64,000 nucleotides of DNA from an uncultured bacterium (GTDB taxonomy: Bacteria; Patescibacteriota; CPR2; UBA1875; CAIMLA01). The stretch is from the NCBI GenBank assembly GCA_903842085.1, contig CAIMLA010000043.1, positions 1,563 to 65,562 of the forward strand, read 5' to 3'. The translations under genes were made by a program, and so were the position numbers. The notes beneath the pieces are model-generated. The model made no database searches. It saw only the letters and a list, made by a program, of their open reading frames with translations, and had not been told where the DNA came from. Below are positions 40,174-49,693 of the stretch, one piece after another; within the stretch, counting starts at the first letter, position 1, and every line of letters begins with the position of its first letter.

Positions 40174-42780
40174 TTATTTTACTGTCACAGTAACATTGCT
40201 GCTAGCAGTTTGTCCAATCTTATCGGTGACTGTTGCGATAATATCAGCTGAAGCCCCTGATGGTTTATCAAAAGTTGCGACATAATTAGTCCCGTCTAGA
40301 GTTGCTTCTTTGGATTGACTGCCAATTTTGATCGTCACAGATTGAACCCCATTTGGAGCAGTTATCGTCACACTAACACTATACGGTGTCGCGAAATCGT
40401 CACTCGCTTTTAGGGTCGTAAAAGATATTGTCGGGGCGCCTTGGTTAATTGGACAGGTATCCTGGCCAATTTGTTCTGATCCAGAAGTTGAATAACCGCT
40501 ACTTGCTGTCCAAGCTCCGATCGGAGCAAACCATCTGCCATAAGAGGCATCGGTCGAAGGAATCTCGGCCGTGACGACGTTGATCGTTCTCGTCTCAATT
40601 TGAGCTGGGTCTGGAGGACAACTGTTGTTAACAAGTTTACCTGAAAGTTTATTAATTTTAAGTTCTGTAGCGGCCACAGCGTCTTGAATATTATACCAAG
40701 ATGGGAAAATATCTGTTACCGTTTTGCTCCCAGCGACTGGTTTTTTACCGGTGACGGCGTCTAGAGTCACCGTTTTTATCCCACTGGGTCTGGTAAATTG
40801 TTCATTGGGAGTCCCGTTGAGGGCGTTAATCATATAATCGTGCCAAATTGGGGCAGCCGCAATCGAACCACCGGCTTTTGTCATGGGGGTTCCATCATTA
40901 TTACCAGCCCAAACGCCTGTTACTAAGCTTGGGGTGTAACCAAGCGTCCAAGCGTCTTTGTAATCATTGGTAGTTCCGGTTTTGGCGGCGACTGGGCGAC
41001 CATGGAGCGTTAGGGGGCCACCGGTACCAAAGACATCTGCTCGGGCGTAATCATCAGATAAAACATTGCTTATCAGATATGTAATTTGTGAATCTAAGAC
41101 TTTTTTACCAGCATTTTCTTTGTATTCATCAATTGTTTTTCCTTTCGCGTCTTCAACTTTAATATACCAACTTGGGTCTTGTTTGACGCCACTATTAGCA
41201 AAAACCCCATAAGCATTGACCATATCTAAAAGCTTAACCTCTCCAGCGCCCAAGACAAGGGATAGGCCGTAAAGGCTTTTATCGTTTAAAGTTGTAATCC
41301 CCATTGCGTGGACGGTATCGATAACGTTATCAAGGCCAGCGATATAAAGTGTTTTTACCGCTGGGATATTGAGTGAGTTTTGCAAGGCGCTTCTCATCGT
41401 GACCGGTCCGCGAAATCGGCCATCATAATTACTGGGCACATAACCGCCGCCAAAATCAGTCTTTAGATCAAAGAGCACACTTCCAGGACCCCAATTATTT
41501 AACTTCCAAGCAGTTGCATAGGCAAAAGGTTTGAAAGAGGAACCAGGCTGACGATCCATAACCGCAACATTGACATTGCCATCTATATCAGGATTAAAGA
41601 AATCACGACTGCCAACCATGGCCAAGATTTGACCAGTTTTCGGATCCATCGAAACTAAGGATGCATTTGAGGCATTGTAAGCAGTCCGATTTTTGTCAAC
41701 GTTGGTTGCAACTGCCTCCTCGGCATATTGCTGTTTCGTGATATCTAAAGTGGTATAAACCTTTAAACCGCCTTCATTGACCAGTTTTTCACCGTATTTT
41801 TCGACTAGTTTTTCTTTGACATACATTACAAAGTGAGGTGCCGTGATGGAGCCATAAGGATTTTGCGAGAAGGCAACTTCTTTTTTCATGGCAGCTTCAG
41901 CATCCTTGGTCGTAATAAATTTTTGAGCGGCCATATCTTTTAAGACTTGATCTTTTCTTTTTAAGAGCAAAGCTTTATTTGTCCCGTAAGGAGAATAATA
42001 AGTTGGAGCTTGAGGCAGGGCGGCCAAGGTCGAACATTCTTCTAAACTTAAATCTTTTAAATCTTTATTAAAATAAGTTTTTGCGGCAACTTTAATCCCA
42101 TAAGCATTAGAGCCATATGGAATTTCATTGAGATACATTTTTAAAATATCGTCTTTCTTGTACATCTGTTCTATTTCGATTGAAAGGATGATCTCTTTAA
42201 TCTTGCGAGAATAAGACCTCTCGGTTGTTAGGAGGGCGTTCCGTACAAATTGTTGGGTGATTGTTGAGCCACCGCCTTTGGTGCGATCACCAGTAATAAT
42301 ACCGGAAAAAGCTCTGGCAATACCGCGGACACTAAAACCACTGTGCTTATAAAAATCTTTGTCCTCAATCGCGATCGTGGCATTTTTACAATTTTGAGGA
42401 ATCTCATCCCAGCCAGCCATGAGCCGATTTTTGTCGCCGTGGATCTCATAGAGAAGTTTTCCGTTTCGATCAAAAATCTGAGTCGATTGAGCCGAAATAC
42501 GAGCATTTATTTTGTTTGGAGTTGGTAAATCCTTGGCATACCAGGCAAAAACACCAAAGAGGAGGCCCAGAAAAACTACGGTAACGAGGCCGATTTTCTT
42601 CCAACCACTTTTTGTCGTAAAAAGTGACTTTAATGATTCTTTAAAGCCTGAGAAATTTAAATTCTTAAAGGAGAATCCCTTTTTTTGTCGAGACCGAACG
42701 GCTGTCTTGGCAGAACGAGGACGCGAAAAAGTTCGATAACTTTGTCTTGAGCGTCGCTTTCTCGGTTTATATAAAGGCAT
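40174..42780 (-). CDS. Bifunctional class A penicillin-binding protein (PBP1A-type) with extra C-terminal beta-rich domain
   Basis: N-terminal TM segment, GT51 motifs (EDKDFYKHSG, GGSTITQQ, RKIKE), transpeptidase SxxK (SSFKP), SLN and KTGT. About 150 extra C-terminal residues are Thr/Ser/Val-rich. Confidence 0.9.
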   Translation of the reverse strand: MPLYKPRKRRSRQSYRTFSRPRSAKTAVRSRQKKGFSFKNLNFSGFKESLKSLFTTKSGWKKIGLVTVVFLGLLFGVFAWYAKDLPTPNKINARISAQSTQIFDRNGKLLYEIHGDKNRLMAGWDEIPQNCKNATIAIEDKDFYKHSGFSVRGIARAFSGIITGDRTKGGGSTITQQFVRNALLTTERSYSRKIKEIILSIEIEQMYKKDDILKMYLNEIPYGSNAYGIKVAAKTYFNKDLKDLSLEECSTLAALPQAPTYYSPYGTNKALLLKRKDQVLKDMAAQKFITTKDAEAAMKKEVAFSQNPYGSITAPHFVMYVKEKLVEKYGEKLVNEGGLKVYTTLDITKQQYAEEAVATNVDKNRTAYNASNASLVSMDPKTGQILAMVGSRDFFNPDIDGNVNVAVMDRQPGSSFKPFAYATAWKLNNWGPGSVLFDLKTDFGGGYVPSNYDGRFRGPVTMRSALQNSLNIPAVKTLYIAGLDNVIDTVHAMGITTLNDKSLYGLSLVLGAGEVKLLDMVNAYGVFANSGVKQDPSWYIKVEDAKGKTIDEYKENAGKKVLDSQITYLISNVLSDDYARADVFGTGGPLTLHGRPVAAKTGTTNDYKDAWTLGYTPSLVTGVWAGNNDGTPMTKAGGSIAAAPIWHDYMINALNGTPNEQFTRPSGIKTVTLDAVTGKKPVAGSKTVTDIFPSWYNIQDAVAATELKINKLSGKLVNNSCPPDPAQIETRTINVVTAEIPSTDASYGRWFAPIGAWTASSGYSTSGSEQIGQDTCPINQGAPTISFTTLKASDDFATPYSVSVTITAPNGVQSVTIKIGSQSKEATLDGTNYVATFDKPSGASADIIATVTDKIGQTASSNVTVTVK

Positions 42781-42897
42781 TTTTTCTCCAATTAATTTGA
42801 ATTATACCTAAAAAAGTGTATATTAGTTAAGTAATTTATAAAAAATTCAACACACAAATTATAAATATATTTGTTAAAATTGTCAAGGAAGGACAAG

Positions 42898-44091
42898 ATG
42901 AACAAAATAAATGAGATCTTAAATCGTGGCGTCGAAGAAGTTTATATAAAGAAAGAACTCGAAGCTGCCCTAAAATCAGAGAAGAAACTAAGGATCTATT
43001 ATGGAGTTGATCCTTCAGGAGTCGAGATTCATCTTGGTCACGCGATTTGTCTTAGAAAATTACAATATTTACAACAATTGGGCCATAAAATAATTTTTCT
43101 AATCGGGGATTTTACGGGCATGATTGGCGACCCGACCGATAAATCGGCCATCCGACAACCGCTAACAAGAGAGCAAGTTTTAACAAATGCTAAAACCTAT
43201 AAGGAACAAATCAAAAGTTTCCTCGACTTTTCGGGTAAAAATCCTGCCGAAATTAGATTCAATAGTGAATGGAATGACAATCTGACCTTTAGGAATATTA
43301 TCGAGCTTTCAGGACGGTTTACGGTCCAACAACTGTTAGAACGAGATATGTTCCAACAAAGATTATCAAACAATAAACCGATTGGTTTACATGAATTTTT
43401 GTATCCTCTTGTCCAAGGATATGATGCCGTCATGCTTGAGGCGGACCTACAGATTGGTGGGACTGATCAGATTTTCAATATGCTTCAAGGTCGAGGTCTG
43501 ATGAAATCTCTCAAGAATAAAACGCAGATGGTTCTGGCCGTTAGCCTTTTGGAGGGTGTCGATGGTCGTAAAATGTCGAAAAGCTTTGGTAATTTTATTG
43601 CCATCAATGATCTACCAAATGAGATGTATGGTAAGGCCATGTCAATTAAGGACGAATTAATTATCCGTTATTTTAGCCTCTGTACGGAATTGGCAGAAAA
43701 AGAGATCGAAAAACTTCAAGATCAATTAGATGATGGTCAAAATCCGAGAAAGATCAAGGCGAAACTTGCCTACGAATTGGTCCGACTTTATCATGACGAA
43801 CCTGCCGCCAAAGCGGCCGAGTTAAATTTTGACAAAACTTTTGTCAAAAAAGAAATTCCTGATGAAATTGCAGAAATATTGATTTTAGATAAAAATTGGC
43901 CTTTGGCTGATCTGATGGTCTATACAAAGATTGCAACCTCTAAATCAGATGCCAAGCGACTGATTGATCAAGGCGGGGTGAGGGTTGATGGGGCCGTCAT
44001 CGGCGATCGGGCAGAAGTCATAAGGCCGATTAATGGGACGGTCATCCAGGCAGGAAAAAGAAAGTTTGTTCGTCTTAAGCTTGATCGATAA
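42898..44091 (+). CDS. tyrS: Tyrosyl-tRNA synthetase
   Basis: HIGH-type motif EIHLGHA, KMSKS motif and a C-terminal S4 domain. The start was moved to ATG 42898 after an AAGGAAGG RBS. Confidence 0.9.
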   Translation: MNKINEILNRGVEEVYIKKELEAALKSEKKLRIYYGVDPSGVEIHLGHAICLRKLQYLQQLGHKIIFLIGDFTGMIGDPTDKSAIRQPLTREQVLTNAKTYKEQIKSFLDFSGKNPAEIRFNSEWNDNLTFRNIIELSGRFTVQQLLERDMFQQRLSNNKPIGLHEFLYPLVQGYDAVMLEADLQIGGTDQIFNMLQGRGLMKSLKNKTQMVLAVSLLEGVDGRKMSKSFGNFIAINDLPNEMYGKAMSIKDELIIRYFSLCTELAEKEIEKLQDQLDDGQNPRKIKAKLAYELVRLYHDEPAAKAAELNFDKTFVKKEIPDEIAEILILDKNWPLADLMVYTKIATSKSDAKRLIDQGGVRVDGAVIGDRAEVIRPINGTVIQAGKRKFVRLKLDR

Positions 44092-46151
44092 TGAATTTAC
44101 GAACTCCAATTTCAGAGTTAACCGGCGTCGGTGACCATTATGCCAGAAAATTAGAAAAACTTGGTATAAAAAATTACGAAGACTTGCTTTGGTATTTGCC
44201 GCGACGGTGGGATGACTATTCGCATCTGGTCCCGATTAACGAAATCCGACCAGACGAGATGGTGAGTGTTAAAGGGAAGATCTGGGAAATCAGCAACAAG
44301 AGAGCTAAAAGCGGGATGAACATAACCGAAGCCATCATCGCAGATGATACGGGGACGATTAAAGCCACTTGGTTCAATCAACCTTTTTTAACGACCACTT
44401 TAAAAGCCGATGATGAGATTTGTTTAGCGGGTAAATTAGAATGGAATAGAAACTCAGTGGGGATGATTTCGCCTGCTTTTGAAAAGATTAACTCAGAAAA
44501 TGAGGCAGAGCTAACTCATGTTGGACGGATTGTCCCTGTCTATGCTGAGACAGAAGGCATTTCATCTAAATGGCTTCGCTCCAAGATCAAGCCTTTGATG
44601 AAACTGATCTATTCGATTAGGGACTATTTGCCAGAAGAGATTAAAAAAGAACACAATTTAATAGACTTACCCGCCGCCATACGCCAAATGCACTTTCCAG
44701 AGAATTCTTCCCAATTGAAGAAAGCCAAAGATCGGCTCGATTTTGATGAAATGTTTTTATTACAACTTGCTGTCTTGAATTCACGGAAAAAGCTTAATCG
44801 CGAACGAGCGATCGCCATTCCATTCAATGAAGCCTTGATAAAAGGGTTTGTTCAAGATCTACCGTTTGACCTCACGAATGCACAGCGAAAATCTACCTGG
44901 GAGATCTTACAAGACTTAACGAAAGTAGCGCCGATGAACCGACTTCTTCAAGGAGATGTCGGAAGCGGCAAGACTGTCGTCGCGGCTATGGCCATGATAA
45001 ACACTGTCATCTCAGGCAATCAAGCCGTTTTATTATGCCCCACCGAAATTTTAGCAAAACAACATTTCGATAATGTCCAAACCCTTTTAAAGCCTTATGG
45101 CATGGACTGCTTTCTCCTAACTGGATCGACCAGTAAAGCCGAGAAAGAAGATTTATACAATAAGATAAGAGAAGGGGAGGCCAAGCTTATTATTGGGACT
45201 CACGCCATTTTGGAAAAGGGGCTAGAATTTTGGAGATTAGGTCTTGCCATTGTGGACGAACAACACCGCTTTGGGGTCGGCCAGAGAGCTGCCCTTCGAA
45301 AAGAAAGTCTCTCGACGAAAACGCTTCCTCACTTTCTAACGATGACGGCCACCCCAATTCCAAGGACCCTTTCGTTAACCATCTTTGGTGATTTGGATAT
45401 TTCTCTCTTGAATGAATTACCGCCGGGCAGAAAGACAATCATAACCAGGCTTGTCCCAAACGAGAAAAGACAGGATGGCTATCAATTTGTTCGAGCAGAA
45501 ATCAGTAAAGGTCGCCAAGTTTTTGTGATCTGTCCGCTAATAGGAGAAGAAGCGAGCGAAGAGATGGACAAAAAAACAGTTATGGCTGAATATCAGAATC
45601 TTACTAAAAATGTTTATCCTGATTTAAAGATTGTCTATATCCACGGGAAAATGAAGCCAGCAGAAAAAGAGGAAATTATGACCAACTTTAGGGCTGGCAA
45701 ATTTGATATCTTGGTCTCAACTTCGTTAATAGAAGTTGGAGTCGACATTCCAAACTCAACGGTCATGGTGATCGAGGCTGCTGATAAATTTGGCTTGTCC
45801 CAGCTCCATCAATTTAGAGGGCGAGTGGGCCGATCGACACATCAGTCATTTTGTTTCTTGTTTACAAAATCAAGTAACGAACAGACTTTAAAGAGATTAT
45901 ATGCCCTTGTTAATACTAATGATGGTTTCAAATTAGCTGAAGCTGACCTTGAGATCAGGGGGCCAGGAGACTTCGTTGGCACTCGTCAACACGGTTTACC
46001 TGATATCAAGATGTCAAATTTAATGAACCTAGTTTTAATAAAAAAATGTCGTGAGGCCGCGGTTAAGTTTTTGGCTAAAAACAATTTAGAAAGCCAAACC
46101 GCTTTATATGAAAAAACAGCCATGTATGACTCGATTCTATCTTTGGAGTAA
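44091..46151 (+). CDS. recG: ATP-dependent DNA helicase RecG
   Basis: Wedge/OB N-terminal domain, GDVGSGKT Walker A, DEQHRFG and further helicase motifs. Confidence 0.9.
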   Translation: MNLRTPISELTGVGDHYARKLEKLGIKNYEDLLWYLPRRWDDYSHLVPINEIRPDEMVSVKGKIWEISNKRAKSGMNITEAIIADDTGTIKATWFNQPFLTTTLKADDEICLAGKLEWNRNSVGMISPAFEKINSENEAELTHVGRIVPVYAETEGISSKWLRSKIKPLMKLIYSIRDYLPEEIKKEHNLIDLPAAIRQMHFPENSSQLKKAKDRLDFDEMFLLQLAVLNSRKKLNRERAIAIPFNEALIKGFVQDLPFDLTNAQRKSTWEILQDLTKVAPMNRLLQGDVGSGKTVVAAMAMINTVISGNQAVLLCPTEILAKQHFDNVQTLLKPYGMDCFLLTGSTSKAEKEDLYNKIREGEAKLIIGTHAILEKGLEFWRLGLAIVDEQHRFGVGQRAALRKESLSTKTLPHFLTMTATPIPRTLSLTIFGDLDISLLNELPPGRKTIITRLVPNEKRQDGYQFVRAEISKGRQVFVICPLIGEEASEEMDKKTVMAEYQNLTKNVYPDLKIVYIHGKMKPAEKEEIMTNFRAGKFDILVSTSLIEVGVDIPNSTVMVIEAADKFGLSQLHQFRGRVGRSTHQSFCFLFTKSSNEQTLKRLYALVNTNDGFKLAEADLEIRGPGDFVGTRQHGLPDIKMSNLMNLVLIKKCREAAVKFLAKNNLESQTALYEKTAMYDSILSLE

Positions 46152-46395
46152 AAAATTGATAGGAGCCAATCAAAGCAACAGTTAGGGGTTATTCTGGCCT
46201 TATCAAGCCGTCACAGAGATTGGCGAACTTATTGCTCAAAGGGCTATTAGATTGAATCGATTTAAGGACATGGATAAGTTAGCGGGGCTTTGTTAAAAGG
46301 AAAAATAACATTCAATAATACGAAGGATTTAGTAGGGGTAAAAATTTGTTTATTTTCAATTGTTTCTGATATAATTAAATAAAATAGGAGGGAAA

Positions 46396-47307
46396 TTGGC
46401 TAAAAAAACAACGAACAACAAACAAAGAGTAGAACCAAAAAACAAACCGACGGTTAAAGACGATCAAGCCGGGAAACCAGAGGACGACGATGGTGAAGTC
46501 GATCCAGCGGCGACCGAGAAAGCGTTTGCGGATGAACTTGGAACGATAGAAACAGAAGAGGAAGCAGATGGTGGGCCATTGAAATTCGATCCAGAGGCGA
46601 ACGACGAGCCAGAAGAAATTGCCAAAAAAGAAGCTCAGATGGTAACGGTACCGACACGAAAAGCGGTTCGACCTGCAATCTTTGGGCTAGGGGTCTTGAG
46701 CGGCATTATTATCGCTATGATTATTTTTGGTATTTATTATTACATGGTTGGCCAGGAGGTTTGTGATAGTTATAATAGCGTTACAAATTCTGAAAAAAAA
46801 TTAACTAGCTTAATCACGTCTCAAAATAATCGAGAAACAAAGATATCTGATGCTTGCCCAACAGTTCTAACAGAAACTGATAATCTAGAAATAGCAAATT
46901 GGAAAACCTACAAAAACGAAAAGTCTGGTTTGTCTTTTTTGATCCCAGCCGATTGGCAGGAGTCTAAACCGGCCACGACTAATCAATTTTTCTTTAAAGC
47001 ACCAGGAGATGTTGCAGCGACGCTTAATGTCGGGATTGGGGAGGCGGCTTCGATCACAACGGTCGATGGCTATATTTTGAAAACAACCTCAACAGAAAAA
47101 GTTGCCTGTAATGCGGCCAAAGTAAAAACTTATGTTGATAGTAATCAAAACGAAGCAAACCGTATTAAAACAGCGACTTTTACGGCTTCTAGCACTCCTT
47201 ATCTATTTGAATACGCCTGGCAGACAAATATGGGAGCATCCGTCTCAAGCGACTATTCTGATCTCTTTGATTTGATCTTAAAGACAGTTAGTATCACAAA
47301 AGTGTAA
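46396..47307 (+). CDS. Hypothetical membrane-anchored protein (paralog family member C) with acidic N-terminal region
   Basis: TM segment AIFGLGVLSGIIIAMIIFGIYYY, ectodomain motif WKTYKNEKSGLSFLIPADWQ and C-terminus FDLILKTVSITKV. TTG start after an AGGAGG RBS. Confidence 0.55.
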   Translation: MAKKTTNNKQRVEPKNKPTVKDDQAGKPEDDDGEVDPAATEKAFADELGTIETEEEADGGPLKFDPEANDEPEEIAKKEAQMVTVPTRKAVRPAIFGLGVLSGIIIAMIIFGIYYYMVGQEVCDSYNSVTNSEKKLTSLITSQNNRETKISDACPTVLTETDNLEIANWKTYKNEKSGLSFLIPADWQESKPATTNQFFFKAPGDVAATLNVGIGEAASITTVDGYILKTTSTEKVACNAAKVKTYVDSNQNEANRIKTATFTASSTPYLFEYAWQTNMGASVSSDYSDLFDLILKTVSITKV

Positions 47308-47356
47308 AAAAGAACTCAGCCCGAGCAAAGGTGATTCCTTTGCTCGGGCTGTTTTA
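47305..47356. terminator. Strong bidirectional intrinsic terminator (15-bp perfect stem)
   Basis: aaaaaagaact-cagcccgagcaaagg-tgattc-cctttgctcgggctg-tttt. Confidence 0.6.
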
Positions 47357-47393
47357 TGATTAGGCGAAAATCTATCGTCTGATTTTAGTTTTA

Positions 47394-47519
47394 TTAGCTT
47401 GGAAGTGGGGTTAGAATGATCAAGGCCAGAGAAAGTCCGATGATCAAAACGATAGCAGAAAGGCAGAGGATCCGACCGAAAACAACGTCACTACGATGGT
47501 TCTTTGCGTCATCAGACAT
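47394..47519 (-). CDS. Small hydrophobic peptide (41 aa), stand-alone transcription unit
   Basis: Hand translation gives MSDDAKNHRSDVVFGRILCLSAIVLIIGLSLALIILTPLPS. A GGAGG RBS lies 6 nt upstream and a consensus promoter further upstream. It is not in the ORF track. Confidence 0.35.
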   Translation of the reverse strand: MSDDAKNHRSDVVFGRILCLSAIVLIIGLSLALIILTPLPS

Positions 47520-47597
47520 AAAACGCCTCCATTCGACGAATCGACATTCTGAAAAAAAACGACTAGCTTTTTCCTAATACGAAAACAAATTATAAAC

Positions 47598-47626
47598 ACT
47601 TTACATAATATGTCAAGAACTAGACG
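47598..47626 (-). promoter_or_regulatory. Consensus sigma70 promoter (TTGACA-16-TATAAT) on the minus strand driving the small peptide gene
   Basis: Minus-strand reading is gttcTTGACAtattatgtaaagtgttTATAATttg. Confidence 0.4.
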
Positions 47627-47759
47627 GTTGATTATCTTAATTAAATAAAAGATATACGGTAAAAGAAGACCAGAGTTAAGTTTATAAGCCACTCAAAAAA
47701 GAAGGCGTGATAGGATTGAAATAAACAATAATTTGTACTAAAATGACAGAGTCTTGTTA

Positions 47760-47846
47760 GCCCGGGTGGCGGAATTGGTATACGCGCTAGTCTTAGGAAC
47801 TAGTGCCAGAAATGGCTTGCGAGTTCGAGTCTCGCCTCGGGCACCA
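47760..47846 (+). tRNA. tRNA-Leu (anticodon UAG)
   Basis: gcccgggtggcggaattggtatacgc...ctUAGga..., a long variable arm, ...gagttcgagtctcgcctcgggcacca. A putative TTGAAA-17-TAAAAT promoter lies at 47716-47744. Confidence 0.85.
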
Positions 47847-47875
47847 GAACCAACATCATAAATGAAGGAGGAAAA

Positions 47876-48196
47876 ATGGAAGTTGAACACTTAAAAGAAG
47901 AGGATTTTGATCAAAAAGTAATTCAGTCTAAAAAACCGGTCATTGTGGATTATTTTGCCAGCTGGTGCGGTCCATGCAAAGCGATGGCACCAATTTTTGA
48001 AGAGACAGGTAAGAAGTACCAAGACCGGGTTGATTTTTTTAAGGTTGATGTTGACGAATGCCAGAAAGTTGCTCAGGATTACGGTGTTATGAGTATCCCG
48101 ACTTTAATCGTTTTTAAAGACGGGAAAGTAATTAAGACTCTAGTGGGGCTTCAAGACGGTGACAGCATCGCGGCGGCAGTAGAAGAAGCTGAATAA
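47876..48196 (+). CDS. trxA: Thioredoxin
   Basis: WCGPCK active site; 106 aa. An AAGGAGG RBS lies directly after the tRNA-Leu. Confidence 0.9.
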   Translation: MEVEHLKEEDFDQKVIQSKKPVIVDYFASWCGPCKAMAPIFEETGKKYQDRVDFFKVDVDECQKVAQDYGVMSIPTLIVFKDGKVIKTLVGLQDGDSIAAAVEEAE

Positions 48197-48217
48197 AGTC
48201 AGAGAAAGAAGGTGTTT

Positions 48218-49501
48218 TTGAAAGTAAAAATAGAGAAATCAGAAGGCAAAACAAAGTTAACAATCGAGGTTGAAGCAGCGCAGTTAAAAGTGGCGACTGA
48301 GGACGCCTACAAAAAACTTTCCAAAGAGGTCAAAGTTGATGGTTTTCGTCCAGGGAAAGCCCCTCGACACATTATCGAAAAAGAAATCGGTCAAGAGAGA
48401 ATAAATGCAGAAGTCTTAGATAAAATTATACCTGAAACATATTACGAAGCAGTTATCCAGGAAAAACTTAACCCAATCGGTCCGCCAGAAGTAAAAATGG
48501 TAAAATTCGTTCCAACAGATGGTCTAGTCTATGAGGCCTCAATCGAGCTATTACCTGAGATTAAAGTACCGGCTCTAAAAGAAATTAAAATCAAACGAGA
48601 AAAACCAACCGTTTCCGCAAAAGAAATAAATGAAGTCTTGGACGATCTGGCAAAGCAACTGGCAAAATATTCTCGGGTGGATAGAGCGGCAAAGACAGGA
48701 GATCAAATCCAAATAGATTATGATGGTTTTGTCGATGGGTTGCCTTTCGAGGGCGGGAAAAGTGAAAAATACCCATTTATTCTTGGCCAAGGGCAGATGA
48801 TTCCTGGATTTGAGGATCAGATTGTCGGCATGAAAGAAGCCGAAGAAAGAGAAATAGAAGTCACCTTTCCCAAGGGATATCACGCACATAATCTAGCGGG
48901 AAAGCAAGCTAAGTTTAAAATTAAATTACACGAAGTAAATGAGGTTATTTTACCAGCAATCAATGATGATTTTGCCTCAAAAGTTGGTCCTTTTAGTGGT
49001 TTAGAAAACTTACGGATCGATATTGAAAAAGAATTGTTAAAAACAAAAACAATCCAAGAAAGAAACAGAGTTGAATCAGCAATCTTAGAAAAAATTGTCC
49101 AAGTCACTAAGGTAAATTCACCCGAAAGCTTAATTTACCAAGAAGTGCACAGATTGATGCACGAAGCTGAACAAAATATCGCTCAACAAGGGTTAACGAT
49201 TGAAAAGTATTTGGGGGCCACCAAAAAAACTAAGGAAGACCTGGAGAAAGAACTCGAACCAGAGGCAGACAAAAGAGTAAAAATTGGCTTAGTCCTCTCC
49301 GAGATCGCAAAAGATAATAAATTTGAAGCTAGCGAAAAAGAAGTTCACCATGAAATCGAGGTAAGGCTAGAAAGAACTAAGCCTGAAGAGAAAAAACAAG
49401 CCGAGGATTTCTATGATACTCATGAAGGTCATCACCAAATTGAGAATTTGCTGATTGGGGAAAAAGTCTTGAAATATCTCTACGAAACCTGCTCAGCGTA
49501 A
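48218..49501 (+). CDS. tig: Trigger factor
   Basis: N-terminal ribosome-binding domain including GFRPGKAPRHIIEKEIG, an FKBP-like PPIase domain and a C-terminal domain. The start is TTG 48218, or possibly GTG 48212. Confidence 0.9.
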   Translation: MKVKIEKSEGKTKLTIEVEAAQLKVATEDAYKKLSKEVKVDGFRPGKAPRHIIEKEIGQERINAEVLDKIIPETYYEAVIQEKLNPIGPPEVKMVKFVPTDGLVYEASIELLPEIKVPALKEIKIKREKPTVSAKEINEVLDDLAKQLAKYSRVDRAAKTGDQIQIDYDGFVDGLPFEGGKSEKYPFILGQGQMIPGFEDQIVGMKEAEEREIEVTFPKGYHAHNLAGKQAKFKIKLHEVNEVILPAINDDFASKVGPFSGLENLRIDIEKELLKTKTIQERNRVESAILEKIVQVTKVNSPESLIYQEVHRLMHEAEQNIAQQGLTIEKYLGATKKTKEDLEKELEPEADKRVKIGLVLSEIAKDNKFEASEKEVHHEIEVRLERTKPEEKKQAEDFYDTHEGHHQIENLLIGEKVLKYLYETCSA

Positions 49502-49693
49502 CTTAATGAAAATTTGGTATCGTGGCCGAAAACAACTATTTATACTGGGTGGTTTGTTAAAAAGGAAGATTTAAAGATGTCCTAAGACCATCGCTGAAAT
49601 TGTGGCTTTTCCTGTCGATGACTCATCTTGAGGGCGGAGTCGATCCCAAAAACGAACCTGAGTTCTGTTATAATAAAAGAAGAGGAGAAAAAA

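Noticed and set aside
47444-47692. 82-aa minus-strand ORF in the recG-to-tRNA-Leu spacer
   Set aside because: It has a low-complexity AT-driven translation and no RBS, and it overlaps the promoter region. The shorter 41-aa ORF in a different frame (47394-47519) has proper signals and is preferred.
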